A DNA stretch of 64,000 nucleotides from Okamejei kenojei (taxonomy: Eukaryota). The stretch spans positions 77,934,001 through 77,998,000 of the forward strand of contig CM069138.1 of assembly GCA_035221665.1 (NCBI GenBank), in the 5' to 3' direction. Under the pieces are notes generated by a model. It ran no database searches. It worked only from the letters and a program-made list of their open reading frames with translations, and was not told the DNA's origin. Shown in pieces: positions 25,915 to 39,059 of the stretch (within the stretch, counting starts at the first letter, position 1; the number at the start of each line of letters is the position of its first letter). The translations under genes were made by a program, and so were the position numbers.

Positions 25915-27819
25915 GTCAGGCTGTCTGTTTCCCGGTTATTCCCCATCTGGGGAATTACATCTTAGGGTTTAATGCAATTATACTATTTATTCCGAGAACA
26001 TTGCATTTGATCTTTGTTCAGTTCACTCTGGATCCTTGAAGGAATTCGTAGAATTCCTCTAATGAAGAACTGTGCAATTTGTCTTGGGGAGAGCCAGCTA
26101 AAACATTGATGTGATGAAAATCTGCATGTCAGCTCTTGTGGAATAAATTGCATTGCCTGGGAAATGGGCATGGAATTCCAATTAAACCACGAGAATTACA
26201 CAGCCTTGCACCGTCACACATTTCAAACACACCCTGCCATCAACTTAGGTCATGACATTGTGTGCTCATGTTTTGAGCCTACAGCCAGAACGGAAAGCAA
26301 AGACTATGCAAGCAGCATCTAACGAAAGGCAGTAATTCACATGTTCTGCTGCAGAGGAGTCAGGTAGAGGACTTTGACGGTCTGCATACCCATCACAAGG
26401 TTGATAGCATGCGTGACATATTGCCTGGTCCATTTGCAAATCCAGGCACAATATGAAGAATCCTGGTAACCTTGCACACCCCTCCAGTGTGCAAATGATG
26501 ATCAGATCCATTAGCACAGGTCACAACCTAACGAACATATAGAGTTTCATGGCTGGTCCCTCGGCTCGCGTGGTAATGTTGGTGGAAGCTAGCCAGAATC
26601 TGAGTGATGCTGTGAAACCTACGAGTATTACTAGGCAGGCTCAACTTTCTGCAACATTGGCTGTAGATACAAGTGTGTAAAGGGGCCTGCAGTGTGTCAC
26701 AACAACTAACAGACTGTGAGGGTTGCTGAGGATCATCCTCAGAGGAGTGACCGTGGTGCAGAGGTACAAAGCAAGGAATGATGCAAGATCTTCATTAGAA
26801 ATGCTTAGCAAGCTTAATACATCAGAGAATCAAATTGGAGCAAGGACTAAGATGTTCCACTGATGACAGGCACCAGGAATGAGGACAACTTAAATAGCCT
26901 CATATTCTAATGGAAGGGCCATTTAGCATTAACAAACCAATATTAGTAATCCCACAAAAATGATCCCGCCTGAGGTAATTTGTTATTGACATCAGCAGGC
27001 TGATAGCACAGAATTAACCCAGAATAATACATTACTTCTCAATTCCCCTATTGAACCAGAAAGAGAATTTAAACATCTACTTGGCAACTAGGCAGTCGTC
27101 TTCTAAAATGAAACTGACCAAGTTGTAGGTGCTAATGATGTGCTTGGACAATGAGCATCATACTGATCTACCATACTGTTATCCCCAATGACTCCAGTGT
27201 AAATTTGATCTTATGCTTCTTCAGCAAGAACTCATATTTATTGCCTTTGGTGCAAATAATTGTCCCAGAGATCTGTAAGCAGATGTTAAGGTAAAATGGG
27301 AAATAGTATTGGATTTGTACTAAGATTTGCTTTTAAAGGTACTTAAGAGACAGAATATTTTTTTCAAAGAGTCCTCCAAGTAGGGATTACAGAGCATATC
27401 ATAAAAGGCACGACCACCAGCAGAACTGCACTGAAGGGTTATGGATCTTGGTTCAGCTCCAGAAGCTTAGAGAAAAGAGAATACCAATGACATTTTCAGT
27501 AACAGGTAATCTGAAACAAGGGCAAATATAAGGTGAAAAGAAGAAATATTGTTAGTTTAGTGTTAATTCTGGTGGGTAGTGCTGGCAGTCAAAACATAAG
27601 GCACGTGCACAGTTTGGACCCTGCATTATAGCCATGGTAAAGATATGGTTGGGCTGTGTAAATTGATCAATGGTAACTGCTAAGATAGAATTATCAGGAG
27701 ATTCATTTAAGCCAAAGCCATTGAAGGTTATGGGGAGATGGCAAAGATTTTTTTTTGCAGATAGTCACTTACAAAGTACAACATGTGGCCTGCTGCTTAC
27801 CATGCCCTCCCACATGAAA

Positions 27820-27945
27820 AATGTTAGATGCAAGAAACTGCAGATGCTGAAATGTGGAGCTAAAAACAAACTAGAGGAAGAAGCCAGCAGATCAAGTAGC
27901 ATCTGTGGAGGAAAAACAGATGGTCAATGATTTGGTCGAGACAGT
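27820..27945 (-). mobile_element. Old Penelope-derived short element
   Basis: AAGAAACTGCAGATGCTGAAA...AGCATCTGTGGAG...TTTGGTCGAGAC. Confidence 0.6.
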
Positions 27946-28813
27946 TTTTTCTGTTGCAAAAAACGAATGCTATCCGGGCACTGTAACTCAGCCTAGATAT
28001 CTTAATTATCATTAGCTTAGAATAGGGTTAGTCACAATGCAATCAGCAGCAGTCGCTGTAAAGTGATCTTATCCAAACTCTTGAATGTACATTGTTTCTC
28101 CAAAGAACACATCTGTGACATCCCAAGGCAAAAATGCACCATTATAATCAGCTACAACCACCTTTGTGCCAGATTTAACTCTATTCATTCAACCATTACC
28201 TCTCTGATTTATTTTACCAGTGGCATCAGGATTCTTTGGTAACAGATTTATCCAAAAGGTTCATCAATATCATGGGAGGTTGCATAACCATATACCAAAT
28301 AAACACAATCAAGCTTATTATTGGTGGGCCAGAATATAACTTGTTATTTCTCCCACTGCTCTACTGAGATTGAAGATGGTTAAATTCATCCTGTTTTTTG
28401 TTTGATTAGGACAGACTTAAGCCATATTCTGCTCAGTTATTATGTCACTGGTGGCACGACTGCACTCAATCAACTTGTTCAGAACATGATTTGATCTAGG
28501 CTGCAGGTCCCTTTTGCAGCAACTTATCAAACCCAGAACACTCTAGGTGACATGTCAGAAATGTAAAAATTCCTCATGCTTTCCTGCTCCAAGTGACTGT
28601 CCGACAATCCTTGTTGACAAGTTTGTGTGTAAGGATGGGACTGAACTTGCTGAGAACACACGCCTCTTCATCATCAGTGCACTGTCACACAATCTGAAAT
28701 AAACTGTCTTGGCTGCCATTAGATGACAAGTTCGTGGAAGCCACATATTTAATTTGTATGATTCAACGGTTTTGTGGCAAAGTGGCGAGGCTGGGAAATT
28801 AAAAGAGATAGTC

Positions 28814-28836
28814 GGGGGGGGGGGGGGGGGGGGGGG
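28814..28836. repeat. Poly-G tract
   Basis: G homopolymer. Confidence 0.85.
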
Positions 28837-29302
28837 GAGGTATTAAAAAACCTTTCTGAAAGATTTCAGCAAGCAGATGAAACTTCAGTAGACTGAATAC
28901 AGAGTAGAAGAAAAATATTGTAGGGACCAAAAGTTTTATTTATTTCATTCACAAAGCTAATGATTGCAATCAGCATGGCAATCATACATGGAAGTTTTCA
29001 ATATCAGATTCTTATGGAGTCATTAATTTGGAACATGGAATTAGAAATTACTATACAATACAAATACAAGTTTCACAAGGATAAACAAGCAGGTACCAGA
29101 CAAACCAATGGTTGTATGCATGCTTTATACACAGCATAGCATGACTCCTTAACAAAGAACCATTCATAGTGGCTCCATTCCGTGCTTAACATTGCAACCT
29201 CTTCAATGAATTCAATCAAACTAGTCAGACAAGATCTACACCAGACGAAGGCATGATAGCTGTTTCTGATTAGGCCCTGACTTTCAAAGTGATAGTTAAT
29301 CC

Positions 29303-29340
29303 CAAAGATCCTATAGTGGAGCTCCGCTATAGGATCTTTG
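29303..29340. mobile_element. 38-bp palindromic mini DNA-transposon derivative with an 8-bp TSD
   Basis: CAAAGATCCTATAGTGGAG|CTCCGCTATAGGATCTTTG flanked by GTTAATCC (29295-29302, 29341-29348). Confidence 0.75.
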
Positions 29341-29500
29341 GTTAATCCTCTTGGCTCAGAACTTTTTCGAGAATGTTAAGCTTGCAGATCAATAGTTGCC
29401 GGCTTTTACCCTGCAGCCTCTTTTGAAAAAGGGGACCATAGATGTTGACCTTCAATCATCTGGTACCCCACTTACGTTGAGCAAATCTTGCAAAATCTCA

Positions 29501-30140
29501 AGGGCCTTTCTCACTTGGCCATCATTCGCGCGCCATTTACGCGGCCTGCTAGCGTGTGGGTTGGGCGTGGGTAGCGGGACTGGCGCATGGAGTGGTGTGG
29601 AGGAGTGGGGAGTGGCATGGAGGAGTGTGGACTTCGTCCTGCATGAAATCTTTGCGCACCACTGGCCTGTCGGTAACTGATGGCCAAAGTGGGACAGGCC
29701 CAAGACCCTGGCGCGGCGCAACGTCTCAGTAGCAGAAGCAGGCAAACGATCGCCGAGCTCGGCCTGGGGCTCACGGCCGTTGCGGATCCGTATCCGCCCC
29801 CACTCCTACTCCCAGAGCGGGGCCAAGATAATTGGAGATAGACACAAAATGCTGGAGTAACTCAGCGGGACCAGCAGCATCTCTGGAGAGAAGCATTGGG
29901 TGACGTTTCGGGTCGAGACCCTGCTTCAGACTGAAGAAGTGTCTCGAACCGAAACACTATCCATTCCTTCTCTCCAGAGATTCTGCCGGTCCCGCTGAGT
30001 TATTCCTTCATTTTGTGTTTATCTTCAAATGACATCACACGCTCCAGACGGCTGTGCGGACGCATACTGGCGCGTGCGACTGTCGCGCATCAGTCACTAC
30101 CTGCCTGTCACGTAAATGATCGCGTAGTGGGACAGGCCCT
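29501..30140. mobile_element. PIF/Harbinger-type MITE containing a Penelope-derived inverted dimer
   Basis: TIRs AGGGCCTTTCTCACT and AGTGGGACAGGCCCT with a TCA duplication; an extra internal TIR near 29687-29701; CpG-rich. Confidence 0.8.
29836..30026. mobile_element. Inverted dimer of the Penelope-derived short element
   Basis: Two arms of about 95 bp are reverse complements around CTTCAG-A-CTGAAG (centre 29930). Confidence 0.9.
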
Positions 30141-30239
30141 TCAGCGAGAGCCAAACAAATTCTTCTCTTAGCTCTCATAGCAGACTGGAATATTTCCCAT
30201 CTGGTCCTGAGAATAGATCCACCTTTAAGCCCACTAAGC

Positions 30240-30990
30240 TAATTCCAGGTCCCTGGCACTATATTTAGCTCTGGATCACCTTGACAATAAGAACACATTA
30301 TTCAGGATGCTATTCAACGGCCGCAGCTCAGCCTTCAGCACCATAACACCAAATAACCTTGCCGCTAAACTTGTGGACCTTGGCCTTGTGGCCTTGCAAC
30401 TGTCTTCTGGACTTCCTGACCAGCAGGTCTCAGTCATAACATTTCCACTATCCAGCCCCACAACAATGGTGCTCTTTAAGGTTATGTGCTCACTCCCCTT
30501 CTCTACTCCCTGAACACCTATGACTGAGTTTCCAAGTACATCTCCAACTTGACCTTTACATTCACTGGTGATATCACTGTTGGTTAGATCTACAATGATG
30601 ATACAAACTACATGAATGATATTACAGAACCTTGTGTTATGGTGCCAGGATGGCAACCTAGCCCTCAATGTCAGCAAGACGAAAGAGTTAGAGGAGGGCA
30701 CTGTGGGGGAGGGGGCAGGGTGGTGAACACAACCTCTCATCAATGGAGCTGCTGCAGAGATGATCAGCAGCTTCCTAGGCACCCATATCATCAGCAATCT
30801 CACCTGATCTCTTTGCACTGATGCAGTGATCAAGAAAACACGTTAGCATATTTACTTTCTTCGGCATCTGAGAAGATCCAGCATACTCATGAGGATTCTC
30901 TTGAACTTCACTTGTATTTTAATCAGATGCATCTCTCCCTTGTGTGGCAACTGCTCTGCTCTTGACTGCCTGAGTGGTGGAACACAGCAG
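30240..30990 (+). mobile_element. Degenerate Rex1/Babar-like RT fragment
   Basis: [28 protein letters not shown] (compare RMLFIDYSSAFNTI); WCQDGNLALNVSKTKEL. Confidence 0.8.
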
Positions 30991-31739
30991 CCTAACCCTT
31001 CATCAGCCATTCCCACTTCAGTTTAAATTACAGCTTTATAAGACTGAAATCAGCCACTCATTTCAACCATATTGTTGTAAAACAAAAGCCGTTTTTCATC
31101 AGCTTTTTAAGTTTCCCACACCAATGCTATTTTTCTCAATTCAGAGGATGAAAATCATCCTGCCTTGTCTATGCTTTTCTGTAACACGATGCTAATAGAT
31201 TTATGAGAATAACAGGAGGCTGATACTCACTTTGGATATTCCCTTTATGAAGAAACAAATCACTCCTGCACAGTCTTTCCTTGATTGCTGCATCAGAACC
31301 TTTTATATAGGGAAATGCATACAGGAACCGACAAGTCTTATCGTTGCAATTTAACTAGTTTATTCTCCTAATATCCTTGCAAACCTTCAGTATTATGAAT
31401 AGAAAGAAAACTTCTTGTTTTGCAATGAAGTGCTGGTAAGAAGCAAACTGGAAGCAGAAGGGTAGAGAGCTTGCAATAATGTCCAATCAATAAGCTTATA
31501 TCCAGTAACATAATGAATGAATGGTCATCATTTTTTGAGAGTTGGCACAAAACAAGTTTTTATAGGGCTGCCTTAAACAAGAAATGGAAATGCAAAACAA
31601 TGCTCAAGTACTTAAAAGAGCTCTCACTGAGAGCAGTTGAATGTATCCAATTATTAACATTTAATATGATTTTTTCTTCATAAAATAATTTCCTATTAAA
31701 AACGACAGCAAAAAATAAGCCTTGCTTTAGCCTGAATGT

Positions 31740-31925
31740 CATAGAGTCATAGAGTTATATACAGCATGAAAACAGGCTCTTTGGCCCAACTCATCCATTT
31801 GTTTAATTTGGCCCATATTCCTTTAAATTTATTTTCAAGGGCATCATTGTATCCATCTCTACAGCTTTCTCTTGCAGCTTATTACATGGATGTATCTCCT
31901 TCGGTAAAAAAATGTTACTTCAGAC
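31740..31925 (-). mobile_element. CR1 3' end fragment
   Basis: CATAGAGTCATAGAG tail and GAAAACAGGCTCTTTGGCCCAAC. Confidence 0.65.
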
Positions 31926-31944
31926 CTCAATTATTATAAATTAG

Positions 31945-32830
31945 CAACAGAACTTTCACCTCGATAACATGGGAGCACTACAAGGCTGTGTGTTCTGTCT
32001 CTGCTCCACTCCCTATACCTACAGTATGACAGTGTTACCAGATACCACTCCAAAGCCATCTCTAAATGCGCTGATTGTTAAATGAATAATGGGTAACAAT
32101 AAAGTATAGGAGGAAGATTGAAGATCTGATTGAATGGTGGCAGAACAATAATCATGATCTCAACATCAGCAAGGCCAAGGAGCTGATTGTTGACTTCAGG
32201 AGGATAAAACCAATGATTTATGAACTTATCTTCATCAACGCGATGGCAGTGGGGACAGTCAACAGCTTGAAGTCCCTGTGTGTGCATATCTTTCGGATCT
32301 TTCCTGGGTCCAGCACATTGATGCAATCACAAAGAAAGCTCATCAACTCCCCTGCTTCTTTAGAAGATTGAGGAGATTTATTTGTCAACGAATACGCTAT
32401 CAAACTTCTACAGGTCTCCCATAGGGAGCATATTGACTTGTTGCATCATGGCCTGGTTCGGCAACTCAAACGCCCAGGAACAAAAGAGGCCATGAAGACT
32501 GGTAGACATTGCCTTGTTAATTTCACTCTTACCATTGGGTAGAAGGTACAGGACTGAAAACAATGACCATCAGGTCCAAGAACAGCTTCTTCCCACTGAC
32601 CATCAGGCTCTTGAAGACCATATAACAATAACATCAGCAACTATGATCTGCTGTCTTAGGTTGCACTATGGACTTCAATTGTTTTCACAATTGTGGTTAT
32701 TACGGTTATTCATTTAGTGTATTTCTGATTATTATATATTTGTGTGCTATTGAGTTTATGGGCCAGTCATGTTGCTGCAGTTAAGAACTTCATTATTCAG
32801 CTGTCAGTATATATGACAATTAAGACACTT
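31945..32830 (+). mobile_element. Degenerate Rex1/Babar-like LINE
   Basis: CAAGGCTGTGTGTTC (QGCV), CTCAACATCAGCAAGGCCAAGGAGCTGATTGTTGACTTCAGG (LNISKAKELIVDFR), LLPLGRRYR. Confidence 0.8.
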
Positions 32831-32994
32831 CATCCTGTTGTAATCTTAGATAACCTTCTTTACTGCACCACCAATTTTGGTGGCATCTGCAAACTTACCA
32901 TGTTAACAACATGGTCATCCAAATTGTTAATGCAGATGACAAAAATCATTGGACATGCATTACACCACTGGTCACAGACTTTCAATATGAATTA

Positions 32995-33314
32995 TGGGCC
33001 TGTCCCACTTACACGATTTTTCAGTGACTTGCCGGTACACGTGACAGTCGCAGCTGGTCGCCGAAAATTTTCAACGTTGAAAATCCAGCAGCGACCAGAA
33101 CAAGGTACGACTCTTTGCGCGACTACTCATGACCATACAGGTTTCACCCCACGACATGTCGCCAGAGTGTCGCCTGTATGGTCGTGAGTAGTCTCCTCAG
33201 TCGCCCAAAGAGTCGCGTTGAATTTTCAACACGTTGAACATTTTCGGCGACCTGCAGCAACCTATGACGGGTGCCGGCAGTCGCCGAAAAAGTTGCGTAA
33301 GTGGGACAGGCCCA
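32995..33314. mobile_element. PIF/Harbinger-type MITE inserted in an old CR1
   Basis: TIRs TGGGCCTGTCCCACTTAC and GTAAGTGGGACAGGCCCA; TTA/TAA flanks. Confidence 0.85.
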
Positions 33315-34094
33315 TAACAACCCTCCATGAACACCCTCTGACTCATTCCACCATGTTAATCTTTGTATCCAATTGGCTAGCTCAAGTGATCTATGTTTCC
33401 AGACTAGCTGGCCACGTGGGACCTAGTCAAAAGTAAAATATTAATGATGAACAAATAGAAATCTTTCAAAAAACAGATTGAACTTGGCAGGAAGTATTGA
33501 GAATACAACTTAAAAACCTTTTAATGCAAAAACTATAAAGGTGAATATATAGTTATTTAACTTTAAGGTAGCATGGCTACTCATCTGTCAATGGAATCCA
33601 ATTTCTTCTTGTCTCCTTGGGCCCTATGACCAAGGAACAATCCACACCCTTCATTTATCTCACCAGGCCAAATTCATATAAGATCTTTAAACAAAAATGT
33701 GGCATTCCAAATGGACTTGCTTCATACAGAAGGCTAAACATGGTAGCATTGTTTTCGATAGATTACAATAACTTCACTTTCATGCAGTCTGCAACAGAGC
33801 AAATGTGTTGTTTTGGCACCACTCAACCAGAATCTCTTTCCTATATGCTGACTTGTCATTTCCCATTATTTGTCCTTTCCCACCATCAACTAGCTGCTCT
33901 GAAACTTGCACTATTCATTTGGATGAAACAGTGCATTATACAAATATAAATTCATGCAGTTTTAAATAGCAAGAGAGCCTTGCTATGTTTTGTTGAGGGC
34001 TTCCTAAGAAACGTGTGACATTAGCATTGTGTCCTGGGATACAGATCACATACTTCAGGTGCATTACAGGGCTTGTATTTAGTTTCTGTAAAAC

Positions 34095-34170
34095 TGGAAC
34101 CTCAGCGGGTCAGAAGATATCTCTGGAGAAAAGGAATAGATGACATTTCAGATCAAGACCCTTCTTCATA
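34095..34170 (-). mobile_element. Short Penelope-derived element
   Basis: CTCAGCGGGTCAG...GACATTTCAGATCAAGACCCTTCTTCA. Confidence 0.7.
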
Positions 34171-35162
34171 CTTATTCTTTGAGTATCCAGTTGACCCAAT
34201 AGGTTTCCAGCTGGGTCATCAAAGTGTTCTCCTTTGTGACTTCTATGCTTGCAAAAGAGTTGTGAGAAACCTCTAATCAAAACGTTTTTCCATATAATAA
34301 ACTTATAAAGTGTCATCTGAATAACCTGATGTGGCAAATAATTAGTCAGTTTGCATCATATTTGTGAGTGGTGCAACTACTGAATGAGTCACAACTCAGT
34401 AAAGTTTGTTGAGTCTGCTAGTTAGGGCAGATTTTATGAATCCCACTGTGGAAGAATCCTAAATGAAAATAAAAGAGTCAAATGACCTTTTCCAATATTG
34501 GATGGAAAGTTGGGTTATACAAAATCATGTGCCTTTAGGACCCTCTGAATTAATGGCCACGCATTAGACCTGGTGTAGGAATGGAAAACATTAACTTTGG
34601 TGGAAAGGATTTGCGGTGAAAAAGGGTAAATTAATTAATTTAGATTTTTCAGAATTGTTTCAATTTCATTAACGAAGGTTAATTGTTAAGTGAATGTTTA
34701 ACAGTATTTTTAATGAATTATTCGATTTTAAAGACTTTTACGTTGCTAAATAGATAGGGTATATTCAGAGGCACATAGTGCTATTTCTTTCAGTTTGATA
34801 GCTGGCTAGGTTTAGGATGGTGCCAAATTATATTCAGCAGTTTTTTCAGTGGTGCTTGTTCTAACCCAGACACACAGTAACTAGACTATCTAAGGCACTG
34901 CCACCATGCTGGGCTTAAGTTCATCAGTTCAGCTCATGGCAGCTTTAGGCACCATATCGACAATGCTAAATCCAGAACAGGTAAGCTCAGACTTATCTTG
35001 TGGATCAGTCGCAAGCAAGCAAACAACACGTTCCCATCTATCACGGTCTCCAATTTTAAACAAAGTAAACTTTGTGTATATACGTGCAACCAAAATTGCT
35101 ACAAGCTAGTGCCAGGGAACAAACCTGTTATTTTATAAAGCTGAATCTAATTAATTGGAATA

Positions 35163-35975
35163 TCATAGAGTGATACAGTGCGGAAACAGGCCCTTCGGCC
35201 CATCTTGCACACACCGGCCAACATGTCCCAGCTATATTAGTCCCACCTGCCCGCGTTTAGTCCACATCTCTCCAACACTGTCCTAACCATGTACCTCTCT
35301 AACTGTTTATTAAATGTTGGGATAGTCTCTGCCTCAATTACCTCCTCTGGCAGCTTGTTCCATACACCCATCCCCCATTGTGCGAAAAAGTTACCCCTCA
35401 GATTACTATTAAATCTTTTCCCCATCACCTTAAACCTATATCCTCTGGTCCTCGATTCACCAACACTGGGCAAGAGACTCTGTGCATATACTTGATCTAG
35501 TCCACTCATGATTTTACACACCTCTATAAGATCACCCCTCATCCTCCTTCGCTCCAAGGAATTGAGTCCCAGCCTACTCAACCTCTCGCAAGAACTCAGA
35601 CCCTCTATTCCTGGTAACATCCTTGTAAATAGTCTCTTTACCCTTTCAGGCTTGACAACATCTTTCCTTTAACATGGTGCCTAGAACTGAACTTATTACT
35701 CGAAATGTGGCCTCACCAATGTCTTATACAACTGCAACATGACCTTCCAACTTCTATGTCCAATACTCTGCTTGATGAAGGACAATGTGCCAAAAGTGTT
35801 TTTGACCACCCGATCTACCTGCGACTTCACCTTCAAGGAACCATGCGCCTGCATTCCTAGATCCCTCTGCTCTGCAACACTCCCCAGGGTCCTACCATTC
35901 ACTGTGTAGGTCCTGCCCATGTTAGACTTCCCAAAATGCAACACTGCACATGTCTTTGTATTAAATTCCATCAAC
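35163..35975 (-). mobile_element. CR1/HER1 LINE 3' fragment
   Basis: Minus ORFs 35696..35974 and 35237..35620 (LERRRMRGDLIEV...TRG...WNKLP); 3' tail shared with the SINEs. Confidence 0.92.
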
Positions 35976-36834
35976 TCAATACCAACTCAAACGGATATCA
36001 ATATCCGTTTAATTTCTTGTGTGCTCAGCAGACTATCACTTTCAGCTGAAGTTCGCAGTATTCATTCAGTGATGTGTGCAGGAGAAATGGGACCTGATGG
36101 AACAAGCCCGCTTAATACACATTAACACATTATGGGCACATTGTATGCATGTTTACAATATATGCACGTTTGAAAATGATCTGCAAAAATGGTCAAGTTT
36201 AAATGTATGCACACATCCATGTATAATTTGTATGTAAATAATATTCGGCAATATGGTAGAGGACAACTTTCCGCTTCAGTATACTTTGTAAGTTGCATAA
36301 CATACTTGATGTGCAGAGTTCAGAAAAAAAGGCTGTTGAAATAGTCCTGATGCAGGATCTCAACCTGAAACATCATTTTGTATTCGCAGATGTTGTTTGA
36401 TTTTGACAGATTTCTCAGGATCCACCAGCAATGCCTCAGTGACATTCCATGAAGACCTCTGCTAGACTGACCTTTCTACATTAATGTTTGTGTGGGGAAC
36501 AGGTGGTAGGGCACAAACCCATCCTTCACAACACTTGAGAAAGACAGAATCTCAACACAAAGTGACAGCAGATGCTTGTGTACCAAGGGCACATGTGCAG
36601 CTTTATCCAGCCACGCACAAAGGTATGCACCAGTATTGGGGCTACAGTGGGTTTATTCCTCCACCACTCCCCCCCCCTCCCTCCCCAACCCCCCTCCCAT
36701 TTTCAATTGTGAGATGAAATGAGGTGACTGTTGCAGCAGAAGTGGGAAAGTGTTACCTGTGCTACAAACAACATTGTGGGCATCGCACACCAGGTAAACA
36801 GGTTAATTCACGCAATCAAGAGGAACATCACTTC

Positions 36835-36968
36835 TGCACTTCTGAAGAAACGTCTCGACCCAAAACATCACCCATTCCTTCTCTCCAGACATGCTGCCTG
36901 TCCCGCAGTTACCCCAGCATTTTGTGTCTATCTTCGATTTAAACCAGCATCTGCAGTTCTTTCCCACA
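36835..36968 (+). mobile_element. Short Penelope-derived element
   Basis: TCTGAAGAAACGTCTCGACCCAAAACATCACCC...; flanked by ACATCACTTC and ACATCGCTTC. Confidence 0.85.
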
Positions 36969-37469
36969 CATCGCTTCCCCAATCCCAGATTCTGCTTCAT
37001 CTTAATTATACATTTCGCTCAGTATTTCGAGCAAAACCCAACTCCTCTGAACTGTATTCTCAGCACCTTCGGATTATCGGAACTGACTGTGAAGAGATAA
37101 GGGATAAGTTGGTCCAGTTACTAACAACGTGGCTTTACTTTTTCAGCAGTTGGTTTTGCACTGGAGGCCAAGTGGAATGTAGCGGATGCTCATTGAAGTG
37201 CAAACCAACAGTGAATCTGAGCAGCAGACACTGAAGAGGAGAGACAGGAGCCTTGCCTGGTTCCAGATTGATTCGGGAAACGTTCTCATTCCTACTCACT
37301 GACTACTAAAGTCTGCCTGCTGTCTCATTTTGAAAAACACATTCAACAAATACTAGTGTAATATTCGAGGAAATGCCTGTCTCTGACATTGAAACTTTCC
37401 ATCTATCCATGGTGTATGTAGACCAATCATATCTCCAAGGCATGCTGCTGCACACATAACATATTTTCA

Positions 37470-38095
37470 CAAGATTATGGCTGATCTAATTTTCCCTCTC
37501 AACCACATTCTGCTGCCTTCTCCCCATAATCTTTGATGCCCTTACTAAGTAAGAACCAATTCATCTCCGCTTTAAAAAGACCCAATGTCTTGTCCTCCAC
37601 AGCCATTGGGGGCAATGAATTCCACAGATTCATTGCCCTCATGCTAGAGAAATTTCTCCTTATAGCCATTCTAAAGGTGCGCTGTATTATTCTGAAGCTG
37701 TGCCCTTTGGTCCTAGACTCTCCCACCACTGGAATCATCCTCTCCGCATCCACTGTATCTAGGCCTTTCATTATTCAAGAGGTCATGAACAAGGGTCTCG
37801 ACCCGAAACGTCGCCTGTTTCCTTCGCTCCATAGATGCTGCCTCACTCGCTGAGTTGCTCCAGCATTTTTGTCTACCAAAGTAATCCCCACTCATTTTTC
37901 TGAACGACAGCGAGTACAGGCCCTGAGCTATTAAACGCTCCTCATACGTTAACCCAATTATCCCCTGGATCTTTCTCATAAGCCTCCTCTGGACCCTCTC
38001 CAATGCTAGCACATTCGTCTTCAGATATGGAGCCCAAAACTGCTTATAATATTCCAATTGTGGTCTGACCAACAACTTATAAAGCCTCAGCATTT
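37470..38095 (-). mobile_element. CR1 3' fragment with a Penelope-derived insertion (about 37780-37878)
   Basis: ORFs LYKLLVRPQLEYY..FWAPY and LWNSLP are separated by AAGGGTCTCGACCCGAAACGTC...GTCTACC. Confidence 0.88.
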
Positions 38096-38204
38096 AGTAG
38101 GGAAACCACTCTCAAAAATATTCATGTGTCGCACATTGATTATATAATATTAATCTTCACCCAAAAGCTCTTCACTATGAACTGGGGTTAACATGTACAA
38201 AGTG

Positions 38205-38522
38205 TCAACTTCAGAGTCTAGGACTAGATGACATGGCCTCAGAATTAAAGGACATTCTTTTAGGAAGGAGATGAGGAGAAATTTATTTAGTCAGAGGGTG
38301 GTGAATCAGTGGAATTCTTTGCCACAGAAGACTGTGGATGTTGTCAGTGGATATATTTAAGGCAGAGATAGATAGATTTTTGATTAGTACAGATGTCAGA
38401 GGTTATGGGGAGAATGCAGGAGAATGGGTTAGGAGGGAGAGATAGATCAGCCTTGATTGAATGGCGGAGTAGACTTGATGGGCCGAATGGCCTAATACTA
38501 CTCATATTCCTTGACCTTATGA
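38205..38522 (+). mobile_element. CR1 3' end
   Basis: GAGATGAGGAGAAATTTATTTAGTCAGAGGGTGGTGAATC...GGGCCGAATGGCCTA. Confidence 0.85.
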
Positions 38523-39059
38523 TCAGGCTTTAGTGATTCCAGTAAATCAATGCGTTCATGCACATTTGGTCTGGCATCTTGTTCTATAATTATTGCATTA
38601 ATATAATTATCTCCATAACTGAACATACTGTGTTACTCAGTGAGGATCATCACCATCTTCTTAATGTCACCTATATGTGGTACACAATTTAGGATAATCT
38701 TTACATAAAAGCTTAATGTCTAATTAGTATCTACAGCAGGAAAATTAAACACACTGTTTAGCACACTGATGAGCATCATGAAATCAGTGGTAAGTCTTTA
38801 CTTCGCTAGCTTTTCGGCACTTACTTGAACATTGACCTCCCATTTAATTCTTAAATTACCATCCCCTCCTCTCAGGCATTCATTGGAGGTCTGTCTATTT
38901 CTTTCTCTTTTGCGATATGTACCCTGGGCTCTGCCTCCACCAGAACAACCCACCCATCGTCTTGCTATGCTAGGTTTATTTTATCATGCATCTTTATCAA
39001 TTTCTCTCTGGTTGGTCGTGCAGGTTGAAACTATTTCTTGAACAATTAATTATCCTTTA

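Larger units (their letters stand above)
29200..30232 (-). mobile_element. Ancient CR1 remnant hosting nested insertions
   Basis: CTTCAATCATCTGGTACC (compare GxVPxDW) continues after the MITE as GCGAGAGCC...CCATCTGGTCCTG. Confidence 0.6.
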
